Assembly: GCA_000165345.1 (NCBI GenBank)
Contig: CM000430.1
Coordinates: 384,001 to 448,000, forward strand
Length of the DNA stretch: 64,000 nucleotides
Reading direction: 5' to 3'
The translations under genes and the position numbers were made by a program. The notes beneath the pieces are model-generated. The model saw nothing but the letters and a program-made list of their open reading frames with translations, did not search any database and had not been told where the DNA came from. Shown here one piece after another: positions 19,485-30,758 of this stretch (within the stretch, counting starts at the first letter, position 1; the number at the start of each line of letters is the position of its first letter).

Positions 19485-22253
19485 TTTCTGTGGATCCATA
19501 TCTATTGGGCTTTCAAATTCGATTTTTTCACTGTCTTGCGACAAATAATTTATTTCAAATTCACTTTTTATTAACAAGCCTAACATCTCCATAGCTTCAT
19601 CATCTATTTTACTATAGTTATTCAATTGAGAAAATATAACATTTTTAATCACTTCATAAATATAAGGATTGTATGGCACAATAATTTTCAAAAAATTGTT
19701 GTAAATTTGTTCCAAAACAATAAACAAATTGTAAATTGAACCAAAAACTCTTCTTATTCTTTTGCCCGTTTTCTTATTTACAAACTCTCTCTCTTCTATT
19801 AAATTGCCATCTAGATCAGTCCCATCATAAATAAATTTCGACACCTTGTCAACCAGTTTGACTTTATTGAACAAATTCTCCAATGTTGAATATGACCCNA
19901 ATCTGATTCCTAATTCAAAAATAGTTTTACACTGAACTGAAATGTGGCTATTTTCTCTTCTCTTTATGAATACATCTAAAAGCCATACCCAAAATTCAGT
20001 ATTCAAATAATTAATTAATTCATGCTTTTCGTCATAAAGTAATGTTGTTTTAATTATCGTTAATAACGAAACCATATATGCTGTTTNTTTACTGTTTGTA
20101 TCAATCTCAAATTTTGAGATAATAAACTCGCAAAACTTAGTTAAATACGGCTTGATAGCGTTAATAATTTTGGTTTTCAGGCACCCTATGACATTAATGT
20201 TCACAGAAAAAGCAAGATTTATTACTTCTTCCAATATACCGAGAGATCTCAATTTCAATATGTAAATATTTTCGTTTATTATGTTATTAGAATTGTGAAC
20301 TGATAATTCACAAAAAATCTTTAGCATTGATGAATCAATTATTAGATTGTTCAAAAACTGCTTAGACTTTTCTAAAATTTGATAAATTGAGAAATTTTTA
20401 ATCATATCTCCATCATTTGTCGCTAATATCAAACAATTATTGACTTTAGTTCCATAAATTGTGTCATCTTTATTTTTTCCAATAAAATTTGTTTCTCCAT
20501 TCAGTATTTCATTTGAATTAAATCTTTTTCCAGAATTTTCATATTCAAAATTATTGTTCACGCCTATTTTTTTTTGAGAAGTTTTAAAACTTGAATTGTA
20601 CAATTGATTACCTTCTGTTATAGAATGTTCAATATCAACAAACTTGACTGAATTAGAAATTTCACATTCTGCTCCGCACGATAGATTTAGATTTTTGTTC
20701 AAGTCATTCTGAAAATATAAACTTCTTAGATTGTTTAACTCGCTAGAAAATGTGGGCCATTTTATTCCAATGCTAGTCATATTTAAAGGTAACCCAGTAT
20801 GCTCTGGCTTCAAATATTCTACTAATCTAAAAATAACCTCAATTATTCCGGAAGCTACATTTATAATATCGGGCCTAAACTTGAATTCTGGTTTCTCTAC
20901 AAAATCTTCTTGGTTATAACTCATTACATCCAAAAGGGGAGAAAGTAAATTCTGAATAAAGTCCGACTCAATAACCCATTCATATATTATTGGCGAAATC
21001 CCAACTTCTAAAAGATGTTCTTGAATATACGGCTTGTCTGTACTAAATTCGCTAATAAAGTTCACCCGGTTTGATTCCAAATACTCAAAATCCAGTATTG
21101 AGCTTGAATATTCTCCAAATTTTGATTCTTGTTGGCAATTATTCCCAATAATTCCAAAAAACCTTAAAAAAAAATCCTGTATAGAGGAATAATTAATGAA
21201 CGGTATAATTACCAAAGGCCCATTTAATTGAAGAAATATTGAAGTGAATTCTTTTTGATGTTTTGAAAAGCAAATTTCTAATAGTCTGCCTATATAGAAC
21301 GGAGTTTGGTTGCTGTCACAAACAATGGGATTATCCTTAAGCAAATATGAAATTGGATGCTCCTCTACTAAATTGTCACAGTTAGCAATTAAGCTCATAT
21401 TTTTTAAATAGTTTACTATCTTCATGATTAATTTCGGAATTTGTTCCTCTGAAAATATACTGATTATTTCCTTAGAACTCTCCAGTTTAGAACACCTGTT
21501 TGTATTGTTCGATTCTAGATTAAACTCAGGAAAATTCTGCCTTATTAACCAAGCATAATCAACTTCAGAAACGGCTCTCGAAATAGGCAGCAAAAATGAA
21601 CTTGCTTTTTCATTCAAATTGATATTTATAAATGGTTTTTCAGAGAATAATATGTTGTTTGGACTCACACCTAGTAAATAATAATAAAGTATCGATGAAA
21701 TTACATTGTAATTCTGGAAGTCGCACTCAAGTTCCTTTTCATAAAACAAATTACTCACAGGAAGTAAAATATCTATCATTGAATCTATAATAAGGCTTCC
21801 AAATCCTTCAATTAAGAAATTTGAAATGCAATCTTGAAATAGAGTATAAAAATATAATAGATTTTTGTTGCCCCCCCCAGAAGAATAATGAATTTCTGCT
21901 GCATGGTCTTTCAAGATATTCAATATTGATGAAATTATTTTTTTTTTAGTATCAATTTCGATATCAATTTTACTTAAATTTGGCCCATCAGCTACAATTA
22001 ATCGGTGGCTTTCTAATCCGGCATCATGTAAGTTTCTTGTACAAATAGTATTTGTTTGGCTATCCCTTGATGAATAAAAATTTATGGAACTGCCATTTAT
22101 TTTTGAGATGTTTATCTCGTTATGATATATGGAAGCTTCATCCAAATTATTATCGGAGGCATTTAAATTAAGTTCTTCTAAGCTCTGCCTTGATATTATT
22201 CGCATGTTTTCATTAATTTTACGTTTACCTACCATTTCATTATAAAACTCCAT
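19281..22253 (-). CDS. Large hypothetical protein (at least 990 aa); the 3' end is unresolved because of N bases
   Basis: Long minus-strand ORF with ATG at 22253. Its C-terminal 70 or so codons fall in the N block, so the true stop cannot be read. No recognised domain. Confidence 0.55.
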   Translation of the reverse strand: MEFYNEMVGKRKINENMRIISRQSLEELNLNASDNNLDEASIYHNEINISKINGSSINFYSSRDSQTNTICTRNLHDAGLESHRLIVADGPNLSKIDIEIDTKKKIISSILNILKDHAAEIHYSSGGGNKNLLYFYTLFQDCISNFLIEGFGSLIIDSMIDILLPVSNLFYEKELECDFQNYNVISSILYYYLLGVSPNNILFSEKPFININLNEKASSFLLPISRAVSEVDYAWLIRQNFPEFNLESNNTNRCSKLESSKEIISIFSEEQIPKLIMKIVNYLKNMSLIANCDNLVEEHPISYLLKDNPIVCDSNQTPFYIGRLLEICFSKHQKEFTSIFLQLNGPLVIIPFINYSSIQDFFLRFFGIIGNNCQQESKFGEYSSSILDFEYLESNRVNFISEFSTDKPYIQEHLLEVGISPIIYEWVIESDFIQNLLSPLLDVMSYNQEDFVEKPEFKFRPDIINVASGIIEVIFRLVEYLKPEHTGLPLNMTSIGIKWPTFSSELNNLRSLYFQNDLNKNLNLSCGAECEISNSVKFVDIEHSITEGNQLYNSSFKTSQKKIGVNNNFEYENSGKRFNSNEILNGETNFIGKNKDDTIYGTKVNNCLILATNDGDMIKNFSIYQILEKSKQFLNNLIIDSSMLKIFCELSVHNSNNIINENIYILKLRSLGILEEVINLAFSVNINVIGCLKTKIINAIKPYLTKFCEFIISKFEIDTNSKXTAYMVSLLTIIKTTLLYDEKHELINYLNTEFWVWLLDVFIKRRENSHISVQCKTIFELGIRXGSYSTLENLFNKVKLVDKVSKFIYDGTDLDGNLIEEREFVNKKTGKRIRRVFGSIYNLFIVLEQIYNNFLKIIVPYNPYIYEVIKNVIFSQLNNYSKIDDEAMEMLGLLIKSEFEINYLSQDSEKIEFESPIDMDPQKXSXXAXXXXXXXFXXLANXXXXXXXXXAXXXXHFQXLXIXXXNFXXXXXNXXXLXXXXXXXXXRFXN

Positions 22254-23025
22254 TCTTACTTCCTTTTAAGAATGGAATTATTATAAGGAATAAGTATTTC
22301 TAACCTTTTAAACTGTTTTTTATGCAAGCTGTGGAGTAAATGTTCCCTACTAACTTTTTATTAATAAAATGTTACCCCACACAGGAAATATTAAAAATAA
22401 AGTATGTTCAGCGCACTAAAATCAATGTTATATCGACACTTTCCTGGGTAGACTTAACTTCGTTCGCCACAACAATCTCTTCCATTAATCCGACAAGAAC
22501 ATCATTTTATCCTATTACCAATATTTACTCATGCAAAGAGACGAGACAGTTGATGGCGCCATATAAGGTTCGGAAATGTTTTCTTTTTCTTTTTTGCATT
22601 TGTGATAAACAATTTGATGGATTTGTAAGGTAATGGATATGTTAAATGCTAATGTCGTATAATGACCGCTAATCATCAAGCTGCTCACTAGCTTTTGAAT
22701 TGATACTTTTAAAAATGATTTAAGATCGTAATATAAGTTAATTTTAGATTAACCAAATCATCTACAAAAATATGTTTTCAACTATTTTACTTTATTATTT
22801 TTAATTTTAATTTATACGGTTCAAACAATGAAATAAATTTATTTAATGAAGTTGTCTGATAAGTCTGTGTCTCCACCATTATGTCGAAATTACATGATTA
22901 ATTGTAAAGTAATAAGCATCCTAAAATAAATAACCAGAATAAAATCTGCTAATTTTTGTTGAAATTCACGAGATGCAAACTCATTTCTAGATTAGTATAA
23001 ACACTTATTATATTTCATTTTAAAT

Positions 23026-24138
23026 ATGTTTAAAGGAAACGTAATTGATTTTAATCGTTATTCAACATTAATTGATGAAAGACTTAAAATTAAATCAAAA
23101 GAAAGGATGCGTCCAAATGACTTGTTCTCGGACCCTTATTATCAAAAATCTGACTTTGAAAAAAATTGTATTGATACAATTTCAGAAAATACAAGTAAAA
23201 ATATGTTAAAAAATATATGGAATCTTAGTCAAGAAAAAGCAAATATAAATCCATCTGAAACTTCCTCCAATTGTAATAAATTTTATAATTATGAAAATTA
23301 TTTGGGGATCAAAAGAAGTGGTTGCAAAAATACCACTGTTGAAAAGAAGTCAGAAAGTAAAATGGAAGAATTTATTAAAAATACTTCTGCAAGGAAGCAG
23401 AAACTATTTAGAGAATTTTCAACTGGAATTGTGCTAGGAGATGAGGGAGATTCGAGGGAGAAAATGTTTTCCTACGTTTCTAATATATTGAGCAATCAAA
23501 ACAACAAAGAGAAGGATGATAATGAAAATTTTAAGTTGGCTTACCCTTTTTATTCAAATATTTTCAACATTGAAAATCATACTTGTAAATCTGAGCTAAG
23601 TAAAAGATTCTTGCTTGAACGGCGAATAACGAATAACTCCGATATTGGAGACGAGTGCGCTGCAATGCTACTAACTCCTGGAACACTTAAATACTATAGT
23701 TTTGATAGAGAAACTAAAACTTACAACGCAATTAAAGATTTAAGCAACAATAACATATCTGATGAATACAATTTGGACAATGTTACTCCAAAATTTACTC
23801 CATTACAAAAAAATTTGAGTTCTAAACTACATGGAAGTGACTTCTATAATAATGCGGCAATTAGAAGTTCAGAAACAATGTACATAATTAGATTCCGCCT
23901 GAAAAACATTAGCTCTCAAATTAATGAGAAGATTATTAAAAATGCTGCTGCAAATTGTGGTGCGTTTGCCTATCAAATAATGTTTGAATTTGATCCAATT
24001 AAATGGTGTTCTAAAGGTATTGCAACAGGCATGCTTAGATATTCTGGCGATAGCTTAGATGCTTTTAAAAGAGAATTAATCGAATTATTCAAGATTGAAG
24101 TTGAGATCCTTAATGGAATTCAGGAAAGTTCAGAATAA
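23026..24138 (+). CDS. Hypothetical protein (370 aa)
   Basis: Intact ORF with ATG at 23026. Low-complexity N-terminal two-thirds and a more ordered C-terminal 110 aa (IIRFRLKNISSQ...KWCSKGIATGMLRYSGDSLDAFKRELIELF). Not recognised. Confidence 0.5.
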   Translation: MFKGNVIDFNRYSTLIDERLKIKSKERMRPNDLFSDPYYQKSDFEKNCIDTISENTSKNMLKNIWNLSQEKANINPSETSSNCNKFYNYENYLGIKRSGCKNTTVEKKSESKMEEFIKNTSARKQKLFREFSTGIVLGDEGDSREKMFSYVSNILSNQNNKEKDDNENFKLAYPFYSNIFNIENHTCKSELSKRFLLERRITNNSDIGDECAAMLLTPGTLKYYSFDRETKTYNAIKDLSNNNISDEYNLDNVTPKFTPLQKNLSSKLHGSDFYNNAAIRSSETMYIIRFRLKNISSQINEKIIKNAAANCGAFAYQIMFEFDPIKWCSKGIATGMLRYSGDSLDAFKRELIELFKIEVEILNGIQESSE

Positions 24139-24207
24139 AAACAAACCAAAATGTTAATTCGGCCTAATAATAGAATAATTGAGATAATATGCGAAATTCA
24201 GTAGTTT

Positions 24208-24909
24208 CTACTTCTTAATGTATATTATAATGACAACAAATAATATAAATAAGACTGAAACGACAAAATTTTGTCTCTTTTTCAAGTTGATAATTGAATT
24301 TACAACACTTTGAATATTGCTTATAGATTTCTTTCTCATTGTGCGCGTCTTATCAAAAATTAATTTTAAAGTATGATTTTGACCACTTAATGAATGAGTT
24401 GTATTCATTGCCTGATCTATCATTGAATTTAAATTTAAAACTGAATCTTTAATTATATTCTTTTCCCTATAAAACTGAGATCTTTCGAATGATTCAGTAC
24501 TTTTATCTATGTATAATTTCTGATACTTATTTCCGGACGGAGTGTTTGATTTTGAAAAAAGGTTCACCCTTTTTTTTCTAGAGTCGATATACTTGCAAAT
24601 ATTATTATAGTCGTGCTTCAAATTCTGAAGAAGTGAACTATACCTATCGGTATTCATACCATCATTATTTAGTATATCTACCTCTTTCTCAAATGAATCA
24701 AAAAGGCAGCAAATATCATTTTTTAAGCTCTGAACTTCAATCTCCCATTTATGTTCACTCATAATAATCCCTCCTTCTTTCGTTGTACCTTTTTCTTCTT
24801 CATCTAGAAATGCATCTATTTCTAGGTTCCAATCATGTGATTTTAGTGTATCTAACTCTCCTAGTTTAGTTTCAAGAGCATTCTGAATACCCCTTAAGCA
24901 AATACTCAT
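24208..24909 (-). CDS. GOS1: Qb-SNARE of the Gos1 / GOSR1 (GS28) family, tail-anchored
   Basis: 233 aa. The C-terminal SNARE heptads IDQAMNTTHSLSGQNHTLKLIFDKTRTMRKKSISNIQSVVNSIINLKKRQN are followed by the TM anchor FVVSVLFILFVVIIIY. The segment INLKKRQ plus TM matches the GOSR1 INLRKRRD-TM signature. N-terminal helical domain. Confidence 0.6.
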   Translation of the reverse strand: MSICLRGIQNALETKLGELDTLKSHDWNLEIDAFLDEEEKGTTKEGGIIMSEHKWEIEVQSLKNDICCLFDSFEKEVDILNNDGMNTDRYSSLLQNLKHDYNNICKYIDSRKKRVNLFSKSNTPSGNKYQKLYIDKSTESFERSQFYREKNIIKDSVLNLNSMIDQAMNTTHSLSGQNHTLKLIFDKTRTMRKKSISNIQSVVNSIINLKKRQNFVVSVLFILFVVIIIYIKK

Positions 24910-25174
24910 GTTTAAGTATTATAGTACCAGTTCATCTTATGTGGTAGACGTAAATACGAAATTAAAGATTTTTTTTTTGTGTAATCGTAATTTTTTAAGA
25001 AAAAAAATTCAAGAAAAAAAGTTTAACCGCATAATTAAAACAAAAAATTGCTTTTGAGAACTATTTAGAACGTTTCAACTACTACTACTAAATCCTGCTG
25101 GTAACATTGTTTTAATTAAATTGATCAGATTTATGTGGCAACGGATTATTAATAATAAGAATCGCATTGTACAT

Positions 25175-25944
25175 CTATAGATAAACAGTAGAGCCATTTA
25201 CCCACTCTGAAAATTCTCTTTCATTTATTCCACTCTTTTGGTTTTCGTCTAAAGCATTGTATATAATGCTTAAATCAGTAACTCCAAACTGTTGTCTTCC
25301 GTTAGTATAATCTGCTGCCATTCTACTAAATTCTTCAAATTGCATTCCGTACACTGGATCTGCGATCGCATATCTTCTATATACATCAGCTACAGTTGAT
25401 GTTTTTGTTGTGATAATATTTTTCCTAACTCTTTCAAGCCTTACACTTTTTTGCAAAGATATCAATAATCCAATAATTGCAACCCCAGCAACTGCAATAG
25501 AAGTCAGAAAGGCCAGAAGTGCTAGTACTCCTGCCCCTCTCCTTTGAGGCCAGAGTGTAGTGGATGTAAGGCAACTAAGAAATAAAAGGCAAAGGCTCTT
25601 TCCTGTTAAATGGGTTAAAAACCTTGCTTCTTTCCTAATCAATGCTCTACCTCTTGCCGACCAACGTGGGCTTCCAGGAACATCGAGAATCATCAATAAA
25701 ATTCCAAATAAGAGTTGGAATAGGGAATTGATCATATTTGCCGGCTGAATATTAAACAATGAATTTGTAGCAGCTAATACGCCTGCTGCAGAAGATGCAC
25801 CAGCTCCAATGAAAAATAGAGTCTGGTATCGACAATTCAAATCTTGGAGAGTCTTTTCTACTCTTGCCCCGCCTATAATTATTTGATCGGCCAAAGTTAC
25901 ATCCACTTTGGAAGAGCTCTTAACGCCAACTATAAACCTCTCGC
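25175..25944 (-). CDS. Four-TM membrane protein with a C-terminal EF-hand-like loop, paralog A; the 5' end is unresolved
   Basis: The ORF-track start is GTG, not ATG. The homologous region extends upstream to an acceptor AG at 25946-25945 (...FVGERFIVGVKSSSKVDVTLADQ aligns with paralog B IGVFQEKIEHSGEIVDATLAEF). A candidate micro-exon ATGAAAA sits at 26000-25994 with a weak GTACAT donor. Shared blocks with B are YQTLFFI, PRWSA, LTGKSL.LLFLSCL.STTL, GLLIS and LSIIYNALDENQKSGINEREF. Confidence 0.55.
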
Positions 25945-26462
25945 CTACAAAAAAAGTTTGTAAGTATTAACTTTTTCAACCAAATAGATGTACTTTTCAT
26001 TATAAATACAAAATGGTAATTAACTTTCAGAGTTGCATAAAATCAAAACAGTTAAACTTTTATTAGTAGATGTCACCATAGTATCTATAACATCTCCACA
26101 TGCAAAGTACTCTAACGACTAACTTACCTGAAATCCCACCTTGTGTTTCATACATTTTGTATCAAATCTATTCGCAATATCAAGTTAAATGTCCAAAGAA
26201 GTGGTATGATAACTATTGGTTAGTATAGCATTAAATACTAATTCCCTCGATTTCAATTCTATCACACATTCGCAAAGACTTTGTACTGGAAAAAATACCG
26301 CCTAAATTCATTCATATATTTACTAAAAAATAGGATTAAAATTCAAATAAAAATAATTAGATCTAGTCAAAAAAAAAAGCAAGCTATTGCCACAGAAATG
26401 TTCATAAAATATAATATAAGGATTTAGTAGCAAAACACCCTAATTTATTTCTACCAAACAAG

Positions 26463-27266
26463 CTACACTAGTGTAAATCTAGATGAAAAAAATTCAACAA
26501 ACTCCCTTTCATTAATTGATCCTTTTTGGTTGTCATCCAATGCATTAAAAATAATGCTCAGCTCATCTTGAGAAAATTGATAATTGTTATCTGTTCTGTC
26601 ACTTATTAATCTATTGAACTCATCGCCAAGCATTCCAAATAATGGATCAGAAAGAGCATAACTTCTATATATTTCAATAGTATTGCAAGCTCCAACACTT
26701 GTATAACTCGATATGACACTCTTCTTAATTCTATTCAGTCTTATTCCTTTCTCAAAAGAAATAAGGAGACCCAATACTGCAACGGATGAAGTAAGTAAAC
26801 AAACCAAGAATGTTAGTAAAAATAATCCAGGAGATTTTGACTTTGTTTTCGAAAACATAGAAATTATCATTGGGCCCCTATTATTTGTTCTCAGAGTGGT
26901 TGAGCATAGGCATGACAAAAACAAGAGGGAAAGAGATTTCCCTGTTAACTTTGATAAAATCCTTGCTTGACGTCTAATATCGCTTCTAAACTTTGCGCTC
27001 CATCTTGGTTGCCCAGGAATATCCAACAATAATAAAAGCACTCCTACAATTAACTGAAGGCAAGAATTTACAAAGTTTGTGATCCTTAACCCAAATAATG
27101 AATATATAGCAGAAAAAAATCCTGCTATAGACAGAACAAGAGTCGCAATAAAGAATAATGTTTGATATTTCACATTAAATTCCGCCAAAGTAGCATCCAC
27201 TATCTCCCCACTGTGCTCTATCTTCTCTTGAAATACTCCTATTTCCTTATCTCTATTTCCATACAT
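26463..27266 (-). CDS. Four-TM membrane protein with a C-terminal EF-hand-like loop, paralog B
   Basis: 267 aa with ATG at 27266. About 35% identical to paralog A over the whole length. EF-hand-like loop LDDNQKGSINEREF. Four predicted TM helices. Confidence 0.65.
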   Translation of the reverse strand: MYGNRDKEIGVFQEKIEHSGEIVDATLAEFNVKYQTLFFIATLVLSIAGFFSAIYSLFGLRITNFVNSCLQLIVGVLLLLLDIPGQPRWSAKFRSDIRRQARILSKLTGKSLSLLFLSCLCSTTLRTNNRGPMIISMFSKTKSKSPGLFLLTFLVCLLTSSVAVLGLLISFEKGIRLNRIKKSVISSYTSVGACNTIEIYRSYALSDPLFGMLGDEFNRLISDRTDNNYQFSQDELSIIFNALDDNQKGSINEREFVEFFSSRFTLV

Positions 27267-27284
27267 TTATATTCAAAATAAGTA

Positions 27285-27327
<43 letters not shown>

Positions 27328-27516
27328 AATTTAATACTCAGTTCAAGTATAATATATATCATGGAGCACGCCTTGCATCTCAATAATGTAATTCAGTGGG
27401 CTGAATACGTAAATAGCCATGCCGTATATGCCTACAATGATTGCTTCCGAGTAGGCAAAAGATCTGCCTGTAATAAATTTTATTTTTAGTCGAATTGAAA
27501 CATTTAAGTGAGTTTG

Positions 27517-28134
27517 CTAGCTAGATACAATGGCATGTTCCTTCCAAAACTCTACCGACTCTAAGTATTTTTCTCTTTTCAATGGGACCCCACTACCTCC
27601 CTCTTCTATTAAAGTATTTCTAAGAATTGTTATTGGCTCCATTGGGACTTCAAAGCTTTCATTTTGCGCCTTAATTGATATTATATACCAGTCCGGGTTC
27701 TTTTCCCTATCATCTAGAATATCTTGTAGACAACAGTTCATAATGCTTGATTCTTTCTCACACTGTTCTTTACTATAAAGAATGATATCTAAATACTTGC
27801 TTTTAATTAGTTGTGATGCGGGTGGGGAATCCTTTGGGAACCACCTTGACAATACTGGAATCTCTTCGTCTCTCCTCGAAATATACCCTGTCTTAATATA
27901 TTTTTCGTTTTCATTTGTGATCTTTACAATTGATTGCTTTGCTTCTGTAAAATTTGGAATAAAAATATGTTTGCAGAAATCTGCATACCCATCGACTAAT
28001 GTAGGATTATTCTCGATAATGTAATTATTTACGTTCCTCAAGAATTCATAAGGACTCATTCTTGGGATATAACTTCCTCTGTATCCCTCCACAAACTGTC
28101 TTAGAGCAAAACTATTAACTCCCAATAGTTTCAT
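27517..28134 (-). CDS. Conserved-looking hypothetical protein (205 aa)
   Basis: Intact ORF with ATG at 28134 and normal, not low-complexity composition (MKLLGVNSFALRQFVEGYRGSYIPRMSPYEFL...EEGGSGVPLKREKYLESVEFWKEHA). Family not recognised. Confidence 0.5.
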   Translation of the reverse strand: MKLLGVNSFALRQFVEGYRGSYIPRMSPYEFLRNVNNYIIENNPTLVDGYADFCKHIFIPNFTEAKQSIVKITNENEKYIKTGYISRRDEEIPVLSRWFPKDSPPASQLIKSKYLDIILYSKEQCEKESSIMNCCLQDILDDREKNPDWYIISIKAQNESFEVPMEPITILRNTLIEEGGSGVPLKREKYLESVEFWKEHAIVSS

Positions 28135-28232
28135 AATTCTTTATTTCTGGAAAAAAAAGTTGTTAAAAACCTATATCTTAATATTGCTTTAATTGCGCCG
28201 AAGGAAAAGAGAGTTGAATCTGAATAAATAAA

Positions 28233-28898
28233 ATGGGAAATATTCTTTATTATCTTATCGGCCAACGGAATTATCACTATTATGATGAGATTGCATTAGA
28301 TTGTGGAGTAAATATGTTTTCTATTCAAAAAAATGTCGAACAAACAAAGATCTTAAAATATAAAAGTTTATCAATGAAAATTTCCGAAGCAGAAAGTTTA
28401 TATAACAAACTAATGGACATGAGATATCATACAGAACAAATTATTGATAAGTACAACTCTCTTACAAGATTATTTGAAGGGATCCACTGTAAAATTTGTT
28501 ACCTGGACTTTGCTCAGAGATGGGTTTATCAGCAAGACTGCAATAAATTTTACAAGTACTGTATAGAATTAGAAGCTAGGATCGCTGAGCAAGATGAATC
28601 AATAAAAAGAAAGTACTTGGAATATTGTGATTTTGTCCAATTATACAGTATTAAGTCAGGAAAGATTAAGTATTTAAATAAATATCCAGGTCTAAAAACA
28701 TGCCTCTTATTAAGTAGAAAATGTCCGAAATGCTACGAATCTAAAAAAATATCTCATTCGCAAGCAAAAGTAAGTATCAATAATTAATACATTTCCCAAA
28801 CTAACTCACTATAGAATACAGCATTTATGGCCTTTAAAATTAGAGGCATACTTTCATTTTATGAATACCAATGGGATGAAATCAAATCTTGTAAATAA
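28233..28898 (+). CDS. Hypothetical Cys-rich protein; the second exon is tentative
   Basis: The ORF 28233-28787 begins MGNILYY. GTAAGT sits at 28770, immediately after ...SQAK, and an acceptor AG lies at 28813-28814, giving a 45-nt intron. A 28-codon open exon follows (NTAFMAFKIRGILSFYEYQWDEIKSCK, stop at 28896-28898). Confidence 0.4.
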
Positions 28899-28930
28899 TC
28901 CCTTAAAGATAAAATTTAGATTTATATTAG

Positions 28931-30151
28931 CTATGCATCTATAAAGCTATTATCTTGTTGTAGAAGCTCGTCCTCAGAGTATACTAATAAATGTATAATA
29001 TCTTCAATCCCACTAATTATTTCATCTTTTGATTCATATAAATGCCATACTCTCAAAACTTCATATGCTCCCAACTCTCGAAGGAAAGTCCTCCCATTAA
29101 CCGTTGAAATTAATACTAATATACAGTCAAATACATCTTGAGATATATTTTTATTAACAGGGCCGATTGCATTTTTTTTAATAAACTCGGAAACTTTGTC
29201 TTCTGCAGCAGAATCTGTGAATTCTTCATAATCACCCCCACAATTTTTTTTGGGATTCCCATTGTCAAATTCGTTAAATGAAATATTATCAGAATTCGTT
29301 CCTTCGCGCTTTGAATCAAAAAAAATCGTCTTATTTTGGAGTTCGGATAATATATTACTGCTTTTCCTATACCTTAGATTTAGATGGCTTTCATTAGGGT
29401 AAACCAAACAACATAATGATGGAATTACATTACAATCTTTTTTTGATATAATTGTATGTAAGTTCTTATCTAGGCAAACGTGCGTAATAATACTCATTAC
29501 ACTCTTGGTCATTATCAAATCATCTTTTCTTGATGTTGCTAGCATTAGTTCCGAAACTTTGTTCAATAATTCAATACCTAAATTACTATCAAATAAAAAT
29601 ACTCGCCCTTGACTACAATATGTACAATTATTTAAAATACTAATGATCATCTCTTTCTCCTTCTCATCCCTAGAGTTAGAGAGGCATTCGAGTAAATAGG
29701 TTAAATAAAAACTTTTACTTTGTCTAGACTTATCAAAAAACTTTTCTCTCCCTTTTGAATAACGTGTCAAATTTGAAATAAGCATCAAGTTTAGAGATAA
29801 ATGATAGGGTACAGTAGAATTTGATTTGATCTGCTCTCTTAAGTTATCCATTGAATATTCGATTGCGCTCCAATTTCTACATAACTCTTCTCCTATTTCA
29901 GACTTTTGAGACAAATTTATCAAAATTTTCAAAGCACATTCTGATATGCTGGAAATATCGTTCCCAATAAGTAGAAGAATGCTTCTGAAATAGTTGGGGT
30001 TATTTGATAAAAATTCTGATAGTGATTCCATTTCACTCTGATCAAGGAGTAGCTCCATACTTCCTTTAATTACCTCATCTTTTCCATCACGTAAGAGATG
30101 AAATAATTCTTCATAAACCCCAAATAAATTTATTTTATCATCTTCTTCCAT
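28931..30151 (-). CDS. HGH1: HGH1 / FAM203-like armadillo-type protein (DUF383-DUF384)
   Basis: 406 aa. The C-terminal block GRTFLRELGAYEVLRVWHLYESKDEIISGIEDIIHLLV matches the HGH1 C-terminal domain signature (GR..LR..GAY.ILRE.H.WE.D..V...). The N-terminal portion is helical-repeat-like. Confidence 0.5.
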   Translation of the reverse strand: MEEDDKINLFGVYEELFHLLRDGKDEVIKGSMELLLDQSEMESLSEFLSNNPNYFRSILLLIGNDISSISECALKILINLSQKSEIGEELCRNWSAIEYSMDNLREQIKSNSTVPYHLSLNLMLISNLTRYSKGREKFFDKSRQSKSFYLTYLLECLSNSRDEKEKEMIISILNNCTYCSQGRVFLFDSNLGIELLNKVSELMLATSRKDDLIMTKSVMSIITHVCLDKNLHTIISKKDCNVIPSLCCLVYPNESHLNLRYRKSSNILSELQNKTIFFDSKREGTNSDNISFNEFDNGNPKKNCGGDYEEFTDSAAEDKVSEFIKKNAIGPVNKNISQDVFDCILVLISTVNGRTFLRELGAYEVLRVWHLYESKDEIISGIEDIIHLLVYSEDELLQQDNSFIDA

Positions 30152-30758
30152 TGATTACGATTTATTGGTTTTGAAGAAACTTAGACGCCGCCATGTTAAA
30201 AAAGACCTCGCATGCTTAAAAAATTAGATTGACGATGAAAAATAAATTAGTAATTAATTAAACATCAGAAAGTATTATATCGTTCACTAATTAGTTTGAT
30301 TTGATTATTATATTTTGTATTTAGTCTACTTCATTTTGTCGCCTTTGGAAATAGAAACTAATATATCGAGTTTCAGACTATTTAATTTTCTAATAGGTTA
30401 ACGAATTTAATAAGAATTCGTGCAAAAAGTACATTAAATTTGAAAATGATTATAGGAATGGCTCTCAACTATGATTTATCAAATTATCATTCTATGTGCC
30501 TCAAAAAATATTTCATGTAAGCCCAATTTAAAAAAAAATTTACCCAGCACAACAATTTGAAGAACTCATTCCGTGCGGAATGATCCAGCGATAAATTAAA
30601 ATATTAAATTATATCTTTGCAGAAAAAATTTTAATATAGAAGAAAAGCATTTATTTAATTGGTAATGTACTTAAAAGTTAACTACAGAAACCATACTTTA
30701 TACAGAGGCAATAATTATTGAAATCTACAAAAAAAACGTAAAAGCGAGCAATCAATCA

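Noticed and set aside
22340-22633. 97-aa ORF in the intergenic region between the 990-aa gene and the 23026 gene
   Set aside because: It starts in promoter DNA containing the GGCGCC box. It has no Kozak-like context and no recognisable fold, and its codon usage is unlike neighbouring genes. It is probably spurious.
25994-26000. Micro-exon ATGAAAA as the start of paralog A
   Set aside because: Not rejected outright, but kept out of the feature coordinates. The donor GTACAT is weak and a 7-nt first exon is unusual. The true 5' exon may lie elsewhere upstream.
26185-26265. tRNA-like stretch (GGTATGATAACTATTGGTTAGTATAGCATT...) between the two paralogs, with a D-arm-like CTAT/TGGTTAGT/ATAG hairpin
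   Set aside because: No matching anticodon stem could be formed. There is no T-loop GTTCRANYC box and no 7-bp acceptor pairing. It is most likely a chance D-arm-like hairpin in AT-rich DNA.
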